A stretch of DNA of 64,000 nt, from assembly GCA_963716395.1 (NCBI GenBank), contig OY970309.1, forward strand, positions 1,856,001 through 1,920,000, read 5' to 3'. A program made the position numbers and the translations under genes. Below the pieces are notes generated by a model, which worked only from the letters and a program-made list of their open reading frames with translations, ran no database searches and was not told where the DNA came from. Of this stretch, positions 29,501 through 38,563 are shown piece after piece (position 1 is the stretch's first letter; each line of letters begins with the position of its first letter). The DNA comes from an uncultured Fibrobacteria bacterium (lineage in GTDB: Bacteria > Fibrobacterota > Fibrobacteria > UBA11236).

Positions 29501-29794
29501 GCCGCCGCCGAGGTCGCAGGACGGCGCCATACCGAGCAGCGCAGCGGCGACTTCGGAACCCACCATCATTGGGCGCGCGTGCTGGGCCAATTGGCGGCGG
29601 GCGTGTGTTATCGCGCCTATCTCGGGCGCGCCGCGCACGCTCCCTTTCTGCCGGCGACGGAAGAGGACCGGAACCTTTTGCTCGAAGCCTTTTTGCTCGA
29701 GAAGGCGTTGCATGAGTTGGGCCGCGCCCTGGACGCCAGCCCCGAAGCGCAGTCCTCGGCCTTGCGCGGGCTGATCGCGCTGCAATCGAGATAA
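26510..29794 (+). CDS. treS: Trehalose synthase TreS fused to a maltokinase (Mak/Pep2)-like domain with a degenerate active site
   Basis: GH13 motifs DDGYDI, NHTSDQHPWF, RLDAVPYL, AEANQ and RNHDELT; C-terminal RIHGN..SQ, FEGDP and LRDVA. Confidence 0.93.
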   Translation: MKPRAFKRQPRWYLDAVIYQVHVKSFFDGNEDGSGDLPGLIQKLDYIRELGVTALWLLPFYPSPLRDDGYDISDYMGVHPTYGTLDDFRTLLQEAHARGIYVITELVINHTSDQHPWFQRARVAAPGSTERDFYVWSDDPERYQDARIIFKDFEPSNWTWDSIGNAYYWHRFYSHQPDLNFDSPAVHEAVLQVLDFWLGMGVDGLRLDAVPYLYEREGTSCENLPETHAFLRKLSAYVRKHYDERMLLAEANQWPEDAAAYFGKGDECQMAFHFPLMPRLYMAVAMEDRFPIVDILEQTPQLPEGCQWAIFLRNHDELTLEMLTDEERDYMVRVYAHDRRARINLGIRRRLAPLMANNRRKLELLNNLLLSLPGAPILYYGDEIGMGDNFYLGDRNGVRTPMQWSPDRNAGFSRANSQRLFLPVIIDPEYHYETVNVENQEHNPSSLLWWLRRRIALRNRHAVFSRGETVFLASDNVRVLAFLRRAHDDAVLVVANLSEHPQTAALGLAEWAGSRPIELTGQTPFPAVEADPYRVMLGSYDVIWLKLSAPGEAVEPDRFQIRSLPPARNWRDLLHPSRIDLWQSALPLWLSKSGLAEASLEPVCHFALPGLPPESAALVLARNTSAQGNGSWMALPLMFVEAAASPPPPAAVVARVQNGSKSGWLCDAASHPDGAAALARMLITPSSLQGPHGVLKAWSPHPLADVPEDLNLRTVPLAENSSRSATISFQDFGVLKWFRQLPEGVHPDPEITLFLGEWAHFEGAPRVLGMLEWQPEGGETCTVAYLQQWVRADRSAWDLFCDVLAKAIESVEVDGRLWSQPPALGNYARPSDFETWAEPLQEALGGHVREFLILLGERVAALHLALASDSDVPEFEPEPFTWHYQQAAFQAIRSLMNRHYSRLQYAATHWEAPLRELAQEVLEGRDAVLARIRPLRERKIETSKIRIHGNLTLSQILFTGKDFVLQAFEGDPHFTPEERRHKYSALRDVATLIRSFQAAAEVAGRRHTEQRSGDFGTHHHWARVLGQLAAGVCYRAYLGRAAHAPFLPATEEDRNLLLEAFLLEKALHELGRALDASPEAQSSALRGLIALQSR

Positions 29795-29801
29795 GACACT
29801 A

Positions 29802-29972
29802 AAGGTCTGTAAAAAAATAACCGCACCATTCGGCCTAAGGTCCATCTCACCCGCCTGTCCACCTCTGGCGGACTCGTCGCTTGCATACTCCCGGTATGCG
29901 GCGCTCCTTGCGCCTGGCCGGGTGGGCGGCTCTTCGTCCTCGGAGTGATGCGCTTATTTCTTTCCGGGCCCT
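29802..29972. mobile_element. Putative MITE/non-autonomous element, about 170 bp
   Basis: Imperfect 30-bp terminal inverted repeats (22/30), central GCATAC-N5-GTATGC hairpin, no ORF. Confidence 0.5.
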
Positions 29973-30331
29973 CATCGTGATTTCGCCGTCGCCGCGGAGG
30001 CAGACTTTCACTGCGAAACGCCCTGGTAATTGTTCGTTACAACATCTTTTTGCGAATTTCTTTTTTATAGATTACCGCATTTCAGTATCTGCAAAGCCCC
30101 ATGCGCATTCATCGTTTCGTCTTCTGCCCGATAGCCGGTGTCGTGCGGAGTGTCTGTCATTCGTACGCAGACGCGCGGGCAGCCAAAACGTATGCCGGCA
30201 GAATGTCCGAAACACGGGCCGCCGTGGTGCTCAACCCCGCCAAGGTTTCTTCCGACGCGACCGCGACTGGCGCAGAGCTGACCTATCTGCAGGTCGATGC
30301 GCAAACTGAAATCGCGGGCAAAGTGGGGGAA

Positions 30332-31861
30332 ATGGCTCGGATATTGGGGGGAAGGAACGGTTTTATTGTGTTGCCACCAATAAGAAAAATTACCGTCGCA
30401 CTTGGGATCGTTCTGCTGATGGTCGGCTGTGCCGTGGGGCCGGATTTCAAGCGTCCGGCAGCGCCGGCCGCCAAGGAATACACTTCCCATCCGCTACCGG
30501 CCGACGTTGAGCCGGGGGGCGGCGGCGGAGCGCCCCAGCATTTCGTGCAGAACATGGACATTCCCGCCCAATGGTGGACCTTGTTTCATTCCCCGTCTCT
30601 GAACCGGCTGGTGGAACAGGCCTTGAAGGCCAACCCCACCCTGAAGGCGGCGGAAGCCACCTTGCGCCAGGCGCAGGAAAACGTGTACGCTGCGGAAGGC
30701 GCCCTGTTTCCCTCCGTCAATGCCAACGGTGCGGTCTCCCGGCAAAAGACCAATGGTGCAACGGCCGGAAAGGCAGGCCCGGGCCCCTTGTTTACGCTGT
30801 ATAACGCTTCGGTCAGCGTCTCCTACGGCATCGACATTTTCGGCACGGCGCGCAGAACGCTGGAAGCGATCGGGGCGCAAGCCGATTTCGAGCGGTTCCA
30901 GATGAAAGCCGCCACCCTGACGCTGACCTCGAATGTGGTCACCACCGCGGTGCAGGAAGCCTCGTTGCAGGCCCAGATCGCGGCCACTCGCGAAATCGTC
31001 GACGTGCAAAGCCAGCAGCTCGACGTGCTGCAACATCAGTCCAACGTGGGCGCCGTTTCGCTGGCCAGCGTGCTGGCGCAAAAGACGACACTGGCACAAA
31101 CGCGCGCCAACCTGCCGGTGCTGGAAAAACAATTGGCGCTGATCCACAACCAGTTGGCGGCGCTGGCCGGCCATTTCCCGAGCCAGGACGGCGGGGTCAC
31201 CTTCGATCTCGATTCGCTGCAACTTCCGCAGGAACTGCCGGTAAGCCTGCCTTCCATGCTGGTCAAGCAGCGCCCCGACATCCGCGCCTCGGAGTCCCAG
31301 TTGCATGCGGCCAGCGCCGAGATCGGTGTGGCCACGGCGAACATGTTCCCGCAATTCACCATCAGTGGCAGTGCGGGTTCCGTCGCCAACGCCGCTGGCA
31401 ACCTGTTCACGGCCGGATCGGGGATCTGGGACGCCGTTGCCGGCCTGACCCAGCCGATCTTCCACGGCGGCACGCTGTTGCACCAGCGTCGTGCCGCCGT
31501 CGCCGCTTACGCCGCGGCCGAAGCACAATATCGCAGCACCGTGTTGTCGGCTTTCCAGGATGTGGCCAATGTGCTGGACGCCCTGCAATTCGATGCGACC
31601 ATCCTGCAGGCGCAGCAGACCGCCGCGCAATCTGCGGCCGAGTACCTCGACATCGCGCGCCAACAATACCAATCCGGCGCCATCAGCTTCATAGCGCTGC
31701 TGAATGCCCAGCAGGCGTATCAGCAGACGCGCATCGCCCTGGTGCAGGCGCGCGCCAGCCGTTACACGGATACTGCCGCCCTGTTCGCTTCGCTAGGTGG
31801 CGGCTGGTGGAGCCGCAAAGACGCGGACATGGACAAGCAACCGGGAGCAGACAAACCATGA
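30332..31861 (+). CDS. NodT/OprM-family efflux outer-membrane lipoprotein (start may be about 30368)
   Basis: MVGC lipobox followed by AVGPDFKRP, WWTLF, RPDIRA and SLGGGWW. Confidence 0.92.
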   Translation: MARILGGRNGFIVLPPIRKITVALGIVLLMVGCAVGPDFKRPAAPAAKEYTSHPLPADVEPGGGGGAPQHFVQNMDIPAQWWTLFHSPSLNRLVEQALKANPTLKAAEATLRQAQENVYAAEGALFPSVNANGAVSRQKTNGATAGKAGPGPLFTLYNASVSVSYGIDIFGTARRTLEAIGAQADFERFQMKAATLTLTSNVVTTAVQEASLQAQIAATREIVDVQSQQLDVLQHQSNVGAVSLASVLAQKTTLAQTRANLPVLEKQLALIHNQLAALAGHFPSQDGGVTFDLDSLQLPQELPVSLPSMLVKQRPDIRASESQLHAASAEIGVATANMFPQFTISGSAGSVANAAGNLFTAGSGIWDAVAGLTQPIFHGGTLLHQRRAAVAAYAAAEAQYRSTVLSAFQDVANVLDALQFDATILQAQQTAAQSAAEYLDIARQQYQSGAISFIALLNAQQAYQQTRIALVQARASRYTDTAALFASLGGGWWSRKDADMDKQPGADKP

Positions 31862-31895
31862 GAACCATGATGATTCAGCAGCTGAATCGGAGGCA

Positions 31896-33032
31896 ATGAC
31901 AATGAAAAAAAGAATGGGGATCATGCTCGTTTCGGCCCTGGTGGTGTTCGGCGGAATTTTCGGCTTTCAGGCCTTCAAGGGACACATGATAAAGAAGTAC
32001 ATGGCCGCCGCCGGCAATGCCCCGCAGACGGTCTCGACCGTCCGCGCCGCTTACCAGGACTGGCAACCACAGCTGGAAGCGGTAGGCAGCCTGCGTGCGA
32101 TACAGGGCGTCGAAGTCAGCCCGGAAGTATCCGGCATCGTTTCAGCCCTGAATTTCAAGCCGGGGCAGGTCGTCAAGAAAGGCGCGGTCCTGGTGGAACT
32201 GGTGGCCGAAGACGAGATCGCTAAGCTGCATTCGCTGCAGGCCGCCGCCGCTTTGTCCAAGACCACCTATGCGCGCGACCAGCAGCAATTCGAATTCAAG
32301 GCGATCAGCCAGCAGACCTTGGACGTGGACAAGGCGAATGCGATGCAGGCAGATGCCGACGTCGCGGCCCAGCAGGCGCTGGTCAACAAGAAGATCATCC
32401 ACGCACTGTTTTCGGGCCAGACCGGCATCCGCCTGGTCAGCGTGGGACAATACGTGAACGCCGGCACACCCTTGGTTTCGCTGCAGGAGTTGGATCCGAT
32501 CTACCTGGATTTTTCCGTTCCGCAGCAAAACCTCAGCCTGATCCGCGTCGGCCAGAAAGTGTCGGCCGAGACCGACGCCTATCCAGGCGAGAAATTCAGC
32601 GGACAGATTTCGGGGATCAACCCGGAGGTGGACAGCGTCACTCTCAATGTGAAGGTGCGCGCCGAATTGCCCAATCCAAACCGTCGGCTGCTTCCCGGCA
32701 TGTACGCGACCGTCGACATCTTCGCCGGCGAACAGCAGCGCTACCTCACCTTGCCGCAGACCGCGGTCACCTATAACCCGTACGGAACCATCGCATACCT
32801 TGTCGAGCAACAGGGCGCCAACGCCCAAGGCAAGCCCAAGCTGATCGTCAAACAGGTGTTCGTCACCACGGGCGCGACGCGCGGCGACCAGGTCGCCGTG
32901 CTTAAGGGCATTCAGGAAGGCGACATGGTCGTGACCGCGGGGCAGGTCAAGCTGCACAATGGTTCTCCCGTCACCATCAACAACGACATCCAACCCAGCG
33001 ATGAGCCGCATCCGCAGCCCAAGGACGAATAA
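31896..33032 (+). CDS. RND periplasmic adaptor (MexH/MexV-like)
   Basis: GGAGG SD before MTMKKRM, AVGSLRA.QGV, LLPGMYA and GQVKL motifs. Confidence 0.9.
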   Translation: MTMKKRMGIMLVSALVVFGGIFGFQAFKGHMIKKYMAAAGNAPQTVSTVRAAYQDWQPQLEAVGSLRAIQGVEVSPEVSGIVSALNFKPGQVVKKGAVLVELVAEDEIAKLHSLQAAAALSKTTYARDQQQFEFKAISQQTLDVDKANAMQADADVAAQQALVNKKIIHALFSGQTGIRLVSVGQYVNAGTPLVSLQELDPIYLDFSVPQQNLSLIRVGQKVSAETDAYPGEKFSGQISGINPEVDSVTLNVKVRAELPNPNRRLLPGMYATVDIFAGEQQRYLTLPQTAVTYNPYGTIAYLVEQQGANAQGKPKLIVKQVFVTTGATRGDQVAVLKGIQEGDMVVTAGQVKLHNGSPVTINNDIQPSDEPHPQPKDE

Positions 33033-33047
33033 CACGGGACTGTCAGC

Positions 33048-36000
33048 ATGAAATTTACCGATATCTTCATCCGCCGGCCGGTATTGGCCATGGTCGTCAG
33101 CCTGTTCCTGCTGGTGCTGGGCCTGCGCTCGTTCGGCACCCTGCCGATCTTGCAGTTTCCGCGCACGCAGAATGCGGTGATCACCGTGAGCACGACCTAT
33201 TTCGGCGCCGACCCGGATCTGGTGGCCGGTTTCATCACCACGCCGCTGGAAAATGCCATCGCCCAGGTCAACGGCATCGATTACATGACCTCGAGCAGCA
33301 CCAACAGCCGCAGCGTGATCACGGTGAACCTGAAGCTGAATTACGACGCGGACAAGGCGCTGACCGAGATGAACGCGCAGATCAGTTCGGTGCTCAACCA
33401 GTTGCCGCCGCAGACGCAAAAGCCGGTGATGACCATCAGCATCGGCCAGACCCTCGATGCCATGTATATCGGCTTTTCCAGCAAGGAGCTGCCGTCCAAC
33501 CGCATCACGGATTATTTGCAGCGCGTGGTGCAACCGAAACTGCAGGCGGTGGATGGCGTGCAGACCGCCGAACTGCTCGGCGCCAAGAACTTCGCCCTGC
33601 GCGCATGGCTCAACCCGAAGAAGCTGGCGGCCTACGGACTGACGGCGGCCGATGTCAGCGCGGCACTGGCGCAAAACGATTTCCTCTCCGGCGTGGGCAA
33701 CACCAAGGGGCTGATGGTGCAGACCAACCTGAATGCCTCGACCAATCTGCATTCGCTGGACGAGTTCCGCAATCTGGTGATCCGGCAATCCGGCCATGCG
33801 ATGGTGCGGCTGAAGGATATCGCCAATGTCACGCTGGGAGCCGATGACTACGACAGCCAGGTGTCCTTCGACGGCCAAGACGCAACGTATATCGGTATCC
33901 AGGTGGCGCCCAGCGCCAACCTGCTCGACGTGATCAAGCGCGTGCGCGAGGTGATGCCGGAATTACAGGCCCAGTTGCCGGAGGGGATCGACGCCCGAAT
34001 CGTTTACGACTCCACCCGCTTCGTCAACAGTTCGATCCAGGAAGTGATCAAGACCCTGATCGAAGCGATCCTCGTGATCATGCTGGTGATCTTCGCCTTC
34101 CTCGGTTCGCCGCGTTCGGTGCTGATCCCGGTGATCGCCATCCCGCTTTCGCTGATTGGAACATTCACGTTCATGCTCGCATTCGGTTTTTCCATCAACC
34201 TCCTGACCCTGCTGGCCTTCGTGCTCGCCATTGGGCTGGTGGTCGACGATGCCATCATCGTGGTGGAGAACGTCAGTCGCCACATCGAAGAAGGCGTGCC
34301 CCCGATGCAGTCCGCACTCCATGCCGCGCGCGAATTGGCCGGCCCCATCATCGCCATGACGGTCGTGCTGGTTTCGGTGTACGTGCCGATCGGATTCCAG
34401 GGCGGACTGACCGGCGCCCTGTTCACTGAATTTGCCTTCACGCTGGTCGGCACCGTCACGGTGTCTGCGATCATTGCGCTGACCCTATCGCCCATGATGT
34501 GCTCGCGGCTGCTCCGGCCGCACCGCCCGGAGGATACTGGCCTGGAATCGCGCGTCGTGCACTTCATCAATGCGACCTTTGAAAAGGTGCGGAAAGTTTA
34601 CGCGCGCACGCTGCACAACTCGCTCGACTACCTGCCGGTGACGGCGGTGTTCGCGCTGATCGTGCTGGGCAGCATTTACTTTTTGTATTCCGCCGCCAAA
34701 CATGAGCTTGCGCCGCAGGAAGACCAGGGCGTCATTATCGCCTCGCTGACGCCGGCGCCCAATTCGACCCTGCAACAACAGGAGTTGTACTCGCAACAGA
34801 ACTACCGGATCTATGCCAAACATGCGGAGACCGACCATGTCTTCCAGTTCGATTTGCCGGGCAGGATGTTTGCCGGCATGGTGCTGAAACCGTGGGACGA
34901 GCGTGACAAGACGACGAACCAGTTGCAGCCGGTGGTCCAAAAAGAATTGGGCGACATTGCCGGTGTGCAAGCGGTGGCCTTCCAGCCGCCCTCGTTGCCG
35001 GGCAGCCGCGGTTTGCCCATCCAGTTCGTCATCGGCACCACCCAGCCCTTCGACCGCCTGAACGATGTCGTGCAGAATTTCCTGGAGCAGGCGCAGAAGA
35101 GCGGCATGTTCATGTTCATCAACTCCGACCTGCGCATTGACCTGCCGCAATCCACCGTGGAAATCGACCGCAACAAGGCCGCCTTGCTCGGCCTGTCCAT
35201 GCAGGATATCGGCAACTCGCTGGCCGCCATGCTGGGAGGCGGCTACGTGAACTATTTCAGCCTGTCGGGGAGATCGTACAAGGTCATTCCCCAGGTGCAG
35301 CAGCGCTACCGCTTGAACACATCGCAGCTGCTCAACTATTACATCCGCACCGCCAGCGGCACCTCCGTGCCGCTGTCCAGCGTGGTGCACATCACGACCA
35401 AGACGGCGCCGGAATCGCTGAACCACTTCCAGCAGCTCAATGCGGCCACCGTGCAGGGCGTGGCTTCGCCCGGCATCACGACCGGCGAGGCGCTGAGCTA
35501 TCTCAAGCATCTGGCCGACCGGACTCTGCCGCAGGGCTATTCGATAGATTACGCCGGACAATCGCGCCAGTTCATGCAGGAATCCACCGGCTTCGTGACC
35601 CTGTTCGCCTTTGCGCTGATCATCATTTTCCTGGCACTGGCGGCGCAATTCGAAAGCTTCCGCGATCCGTTCATCATCCTGGTCTCGGTGCCGATGTCTG
35701 TCGCCGGCGCGCTGATCTTCGTCAGCCTGGGCATCGGCGGCGCCAGCCTGAACATCTACACGCAGGTCGGGCTGGTGACGCTGATGGGACTGATCAGCAA
35801 GCACGGCATTCTGATCGTGCAGTTTGCCAACAACCTGCGCCGGGAAGGCAAGACCAAGCGTGAGGCCATCGAGGAAGCCGCCACCATCCGGCTGCGCCCG
35901 ATTCTAATGACCACCGCCGCAATGGTGCTGGGCGTGATTCCGCTGATCGTCGCCAGCGGCGCCGGTGCGGCGGCGCGCTATAACTTAGGGCTGGTCATCG

Positions 36001-36116
36001 CCAGCGGACTCGCCATCGGCACTTTGTTCACACTGCTGGTGGTGCCGGCCGTATACATGCAGATCGCCAGCAATCACGTGAAACCACGCGCAACGGCCGA
36101 TAGCTCTACAGTCTGA
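33048..36116 (+). CDS. RND efflux permease (MexI/MexW-like)
   Basis: MKFTDIFIRRPVLA, GLVVDDAIIVVEN, KHGILIV and RLRPILMT motifs. Confidence 0.95.
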   Translation: MKFTDIFIRRPVLAMVVSLFLLVLGLRSFGTLPILQFPRTQNAVITVSTTYFGADPDLVAGFITTPLENAIAQVNGIDYMTSSSTNSRSVITVNLKLNYDADKALTEMNAQISSVLNQLPPQTQKPVMTISIGQTLDAMYIGFSSKELPSNRITDYLQRVVQPKLQAVDGVQTAELLGAKNFALRAWLNPKKLAAYGLTAADVSAALAQNDFLSGVGNTKGLMVQTNLNASTNLHSLDEFRNLVIRQSGHAMVRLKDIANVTLGADDYDSQVSFDGQDATYIGIQVAPSANLLDVIKRVREVMPELQAQLPEGIDARIVYDSTRFVNSSIQEVIKTLIEAILVIMLVIFAFLGSPRSVLIPVIAIPLSLIGTFTFMLAFGFSINLLTLLAFVLAIGLVVDDAIIVVENVSRHIEEGVPPMQSALHAARELAGPIIAMTVVLVSVYVPIGFQGGLTGALFTEFAFTLVGTVTVSAIIALTLSPMMCSRLLRPHRPEDTGLESRVVHFINATFEKVRKVYARTLHNSLDYLPVTAVFALIVLGSIYFLYSAAKHELAPQEDQGVIIASLTPAPNSTLQQQELYSQQNYRIYAKHAETDHVFQFDLPGRMFAGMVLKPWDERDKTTNQLQPVVQKELGDIAGVQAVAFQPPSLPGSRGLPIQFVIGTTQPFDRLNDVVQNFLEQAQKSGMFMFINSDLRIDLPQSTVEIDRNKAALLGLSMQDIGNSLAAMLGGGYVNYFSLSGRSYKVIPQVQQRYRLNTSQLLNYYIRTASGTSVPLSSVVHITTKTAPESLNHFQQLNAATVQGVASPGITTGEALSYLKHLADRTLPQGYSIDYAGQSRQFMQESTGFVTLFAFALIIIFLALAAQFESFRDPFIILVSVPMSVAGALIFVSLGIGGASLNIYTQVGLVTLMGLISKHGILIVQFANNLRREGKTKREAIEEAATIRLRPILMTTAAMVLGVIPLIVASGAGAAARYNLGLVIASGLAIGTLFTLLVVPAVYMQIASNHVKPRATADSSTV

Positions 36117-38355
36117 TGGTCAAACCGCCGCGGAACTGCCTGGGCTCGGCGGGATGAAAAACAAGGTCATCCACACCGTCCGCGGGTTCTCCCGGCAGGC
36201 GGGTCACATAATCGTAGGCCATGTCGTCGACCTGGGTGTCGAAAATATTGAAGACGTCTCCGTACACACTCACATGGCGGTTGAGGGCGCAGGTGATTTG
36301 ACCGTTGAACAGGGTCGAGGAAGAGGATCGTACGCTGTTGTCCTGGGTGAGCGCGCGGGGTCCGAAAAAGCGCATGAACAAACCCGCCGACCACGGTCCC
36401 AGGCGGTGGAGTGAAACGCCCGCTGAAACCGCGGACTCGATCGCCTCGGGCACGTACTGCCCCTCCGAATCGGGATCCACAAACCTGGCCCGCGAAAACG
36501 CAAGGTCGAGGTCGAAAAGCAGCCAGGGCACGGGTTGGTAATGCTCATTGATCTCGATCCCCATTCTGCGCGTAGGGCCTGCGGGTTCGGTGGTTCCCTC
36601 GTCGGCATCCCACACCAGCTCGGAATTGAAGTCCAACAGCCACAGCGCCAACGAGCTTTGCAATCCGGGTACCGCTTCGGAACGGCCGCCGATCTCGAAA
36701 CCGCGCGACCGGACGAGCAGTGAATCCTGGCTGATGGTCTCGCCGCTCTTGGCATCGATCGTGGCGGTGGCGCCGCGGGCGTCGTTGGAGTGATAGCCGT
36801 CCCCGAAGTTCAGGTAAAATTCCGTCTTCGCCCAAGGCCCCAGAATGAGAGAGGCCTTGGGCAGCAGGATGCCTTCGGAAACCCATCCCGAATTGGCGGG
36901 ATTGCTCGCCTGCACATTGGCGCCCAGAAACGCGTAACGAAGACCGAGGTAAAGGCGGCTCCAGGATGTGAAGTGGCTCTCCAGATCGGTCCAGTACCCG
37001 ACGGTCGGTTCCTGGACCGTGTCCACGGCCCAGGGATTCAGCCGCATCCGGTCCATGGTATGGTAGAGCGCGACGGGAGCGATGTCATCGTAGCGTGCGT
37101 CCAGGCCGAGCCGTAACTTTTCCCCCCATCCCAGCACGGAGCCATCCTTGGTCCACCGCTCCGAAGTCCCGAAAATCCAGCGATTGTCCAACTGCTCCAT
37201 TTGATCGCCGTTCACGGTGTCGTCGAGGAAAAAGGTGAAGTTGGAATACAGATTCATGTCGTACTTGACGGCGTAGGCGTTCGCGCGCAAGGCGCCGCCC
37301 CCCAATTCCCCGTCCCAGGCCGTGGAAAAGCTGTAGCGATGCGAAGAGCCGCCGTCGCTGGAATCGAGCGTTCCGTAGTAGTCCACCGCCCCTTCCGTGA
37401 CCGCTCTTTCGGGGATCTGGTTCGTGGCGTTCCACGTGCCCGAGTAGGCCATGCCTTCGAGGCTGAACAGGCCGCTGCCGAGCGGGTGGCTCCAGCGCAG
37501 CAGTTCGTTGAATTTTCGGTAATCCTCCGGCACATCCCACGGGCCGTCCTCATGCAAGGCTTCGATCCCGAGCAAGAGTTTACCGCCGAAAAGATCCGCG
37601 GAGGCTCCGCCGATGGAACGGTTATACCCGAAGGCGCCGAGGGTCTGATCCAGGAAAGGATGGGCCACGCTGTTTTCGTAATAAATATCGGCCGCGCCGG
37701 CTGAGGCAAAATCACCCCTCGAAGCATCGTAGGGGCCTTTCGTATAGTCGACGTGATCGATGAACTCCGGCAGGAGGAAATTCAGGTCATCGTAGCCCTG
37801 GCCATGGGCATGGGTGGGAAGGTTGACCGGCACGCCGTCGACCGAGGTCGCGAAATCGGTACCGTGATCGAGATTGAACCCGCGCAGCAGGAATTGGTTC
37901 GCTTTGCCGGCACCGCTGTGCTGCGTTACGATCAGCCCGGGAACCAATTCCTCCACTTCGCCGGGCCTTAACAGCGGCCTGTCTTCCAGCAACTCCTTGG
38001 TGTAGGTTCCGCTGCTGGCGGCGTCTGCGGAGCCTAAAAGGCCTTGGTAATGCCCGACCACGATGATCGGCTTCATGGGTTTAACGACTGCCGTATCCTG
38101 CCGAACATTCGGTTTCGCAGACGAACCGCTTACGGTGGCGACGGTATCGTGCTTGACCGCGCTCGTCGAATCGGCCTCAACTTGCGCCGGCAGGGTCTGC
38201 GGTTCGGGCACCTGACCGAAGCCGGCTCGAGCCCACGGCAAGGCGGCCAAGAAAAAAAAGAGCCCGCCGCGAATGAGCTTAGGCGCTTTCGGGTTGACCT
38301 GCGAGTAGCCCCGGAAGCGCATCTGCGTCTGGGCGAGGAAAAATTTTGTTGGCAT
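36106..38355 (-). CDS. TonB-dependent outer-membrane receptor (possibly metal uptake)
   Basis: Plug motif QHSGAGKANQFLLRGFNLDHGTDF, KGPY, beta-barrel pattern, C-terminal PRQFRGGLTIRL; start placed at ATG 38355. Confidence 0.9.
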   Translation of the reverse strand: MPTKFFLAQTQMRFRGYSQVNPKAPKLIRGGLFFFLAALPWARAGFGQVPEPQTLPAQVEADSTSAVKHDTVATVSGSSAKPNVRQDTAVVKPMKPIIVVGHYQGLLGSADAASSGTYTKELLEDRPLLRPGEVEELVPGLIVTQHSGAGKANQFLLRGFNLDHGTDFATSVDGVPVNLPTHAHGQGYDDLNFLLPEFIDHVDYTKGPYDASRGDFASAGAADIYYENSVAHPFLDQTLGAFGYNRSIGGASADLFGGKLLLGIEALHEDGPWDVPEDYRKFNELLRWSHPLGSGLFSLEGMAYSGTWNATNQIPERAVTEGAVDYYGTLDSSDGGSSHRYSFSTAWDGELGGGALRANAYAVKYDMNLYSNFTFFLDDTVNGDQMEQLDNRWIFGTSERWTKDGSVLGWGEKLRLGLDARYDDIAPVALYHTMDRMRLNPWAVDTVQEPTVGYWTDLESHFTSWSRLYLGLRYAFLGANVQASNPANSGWVSEGILLPKASLILGPWAKTEFYLNFGDGYHSNDARGATATIDAKSGETISQDSLLVRSRGFEIGGRSEAVPGLQSSLALWLLDFNSELVWDADEGTTEPAGPTRRMGIEINEHYQPVPWLLFDLDLAFSRARFVDPDSEGQYVPEAIESAVSAGVSLHRLGPWSAGLFMRFFGPRALTQDNSVRSSSSTLFNGQITCALNRHVSVYGDVFNIFDTQVDDMAYDYVTRLPGEPADGVDDLVFHPAEPRQFRGGLTIRL

Positions 38356-38563
38356 AAAAACTCCCGGTTTTTTTGAACGCAGCTCTGGTATTATTATTTT
38401 AATAAACGTAATAAGTACACTCCGTTCCTCCCAAGCGCAAGGCGTTTCGCGGCGAATTGGTTCTTCCTGGGGATCGGTGATATTGGGTCGCAACCCGAAG
38501 CCGGCCGGCGCGGCACACAGGTCGCCGCTTCGGGGTCGGGCGCGAAATTGATACACTTTCGGC

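Noticed and set aside
26351-29845. 744-aa and 391-aa antisense ORFs over treS
   Set aside because: Antisense shadows of a well-supported gene
30101-30331. In-frame N-terminal extension of the NodT OMF
   Set aside because: The lipoprotein signal peptide begins near 30332-30371; the extension has no identifiable domain
30494-35804. Long antisense ORFs (392, 578 and 439 aa) over the second RND operon
   Set aside because: Same codon-bias shadow effect
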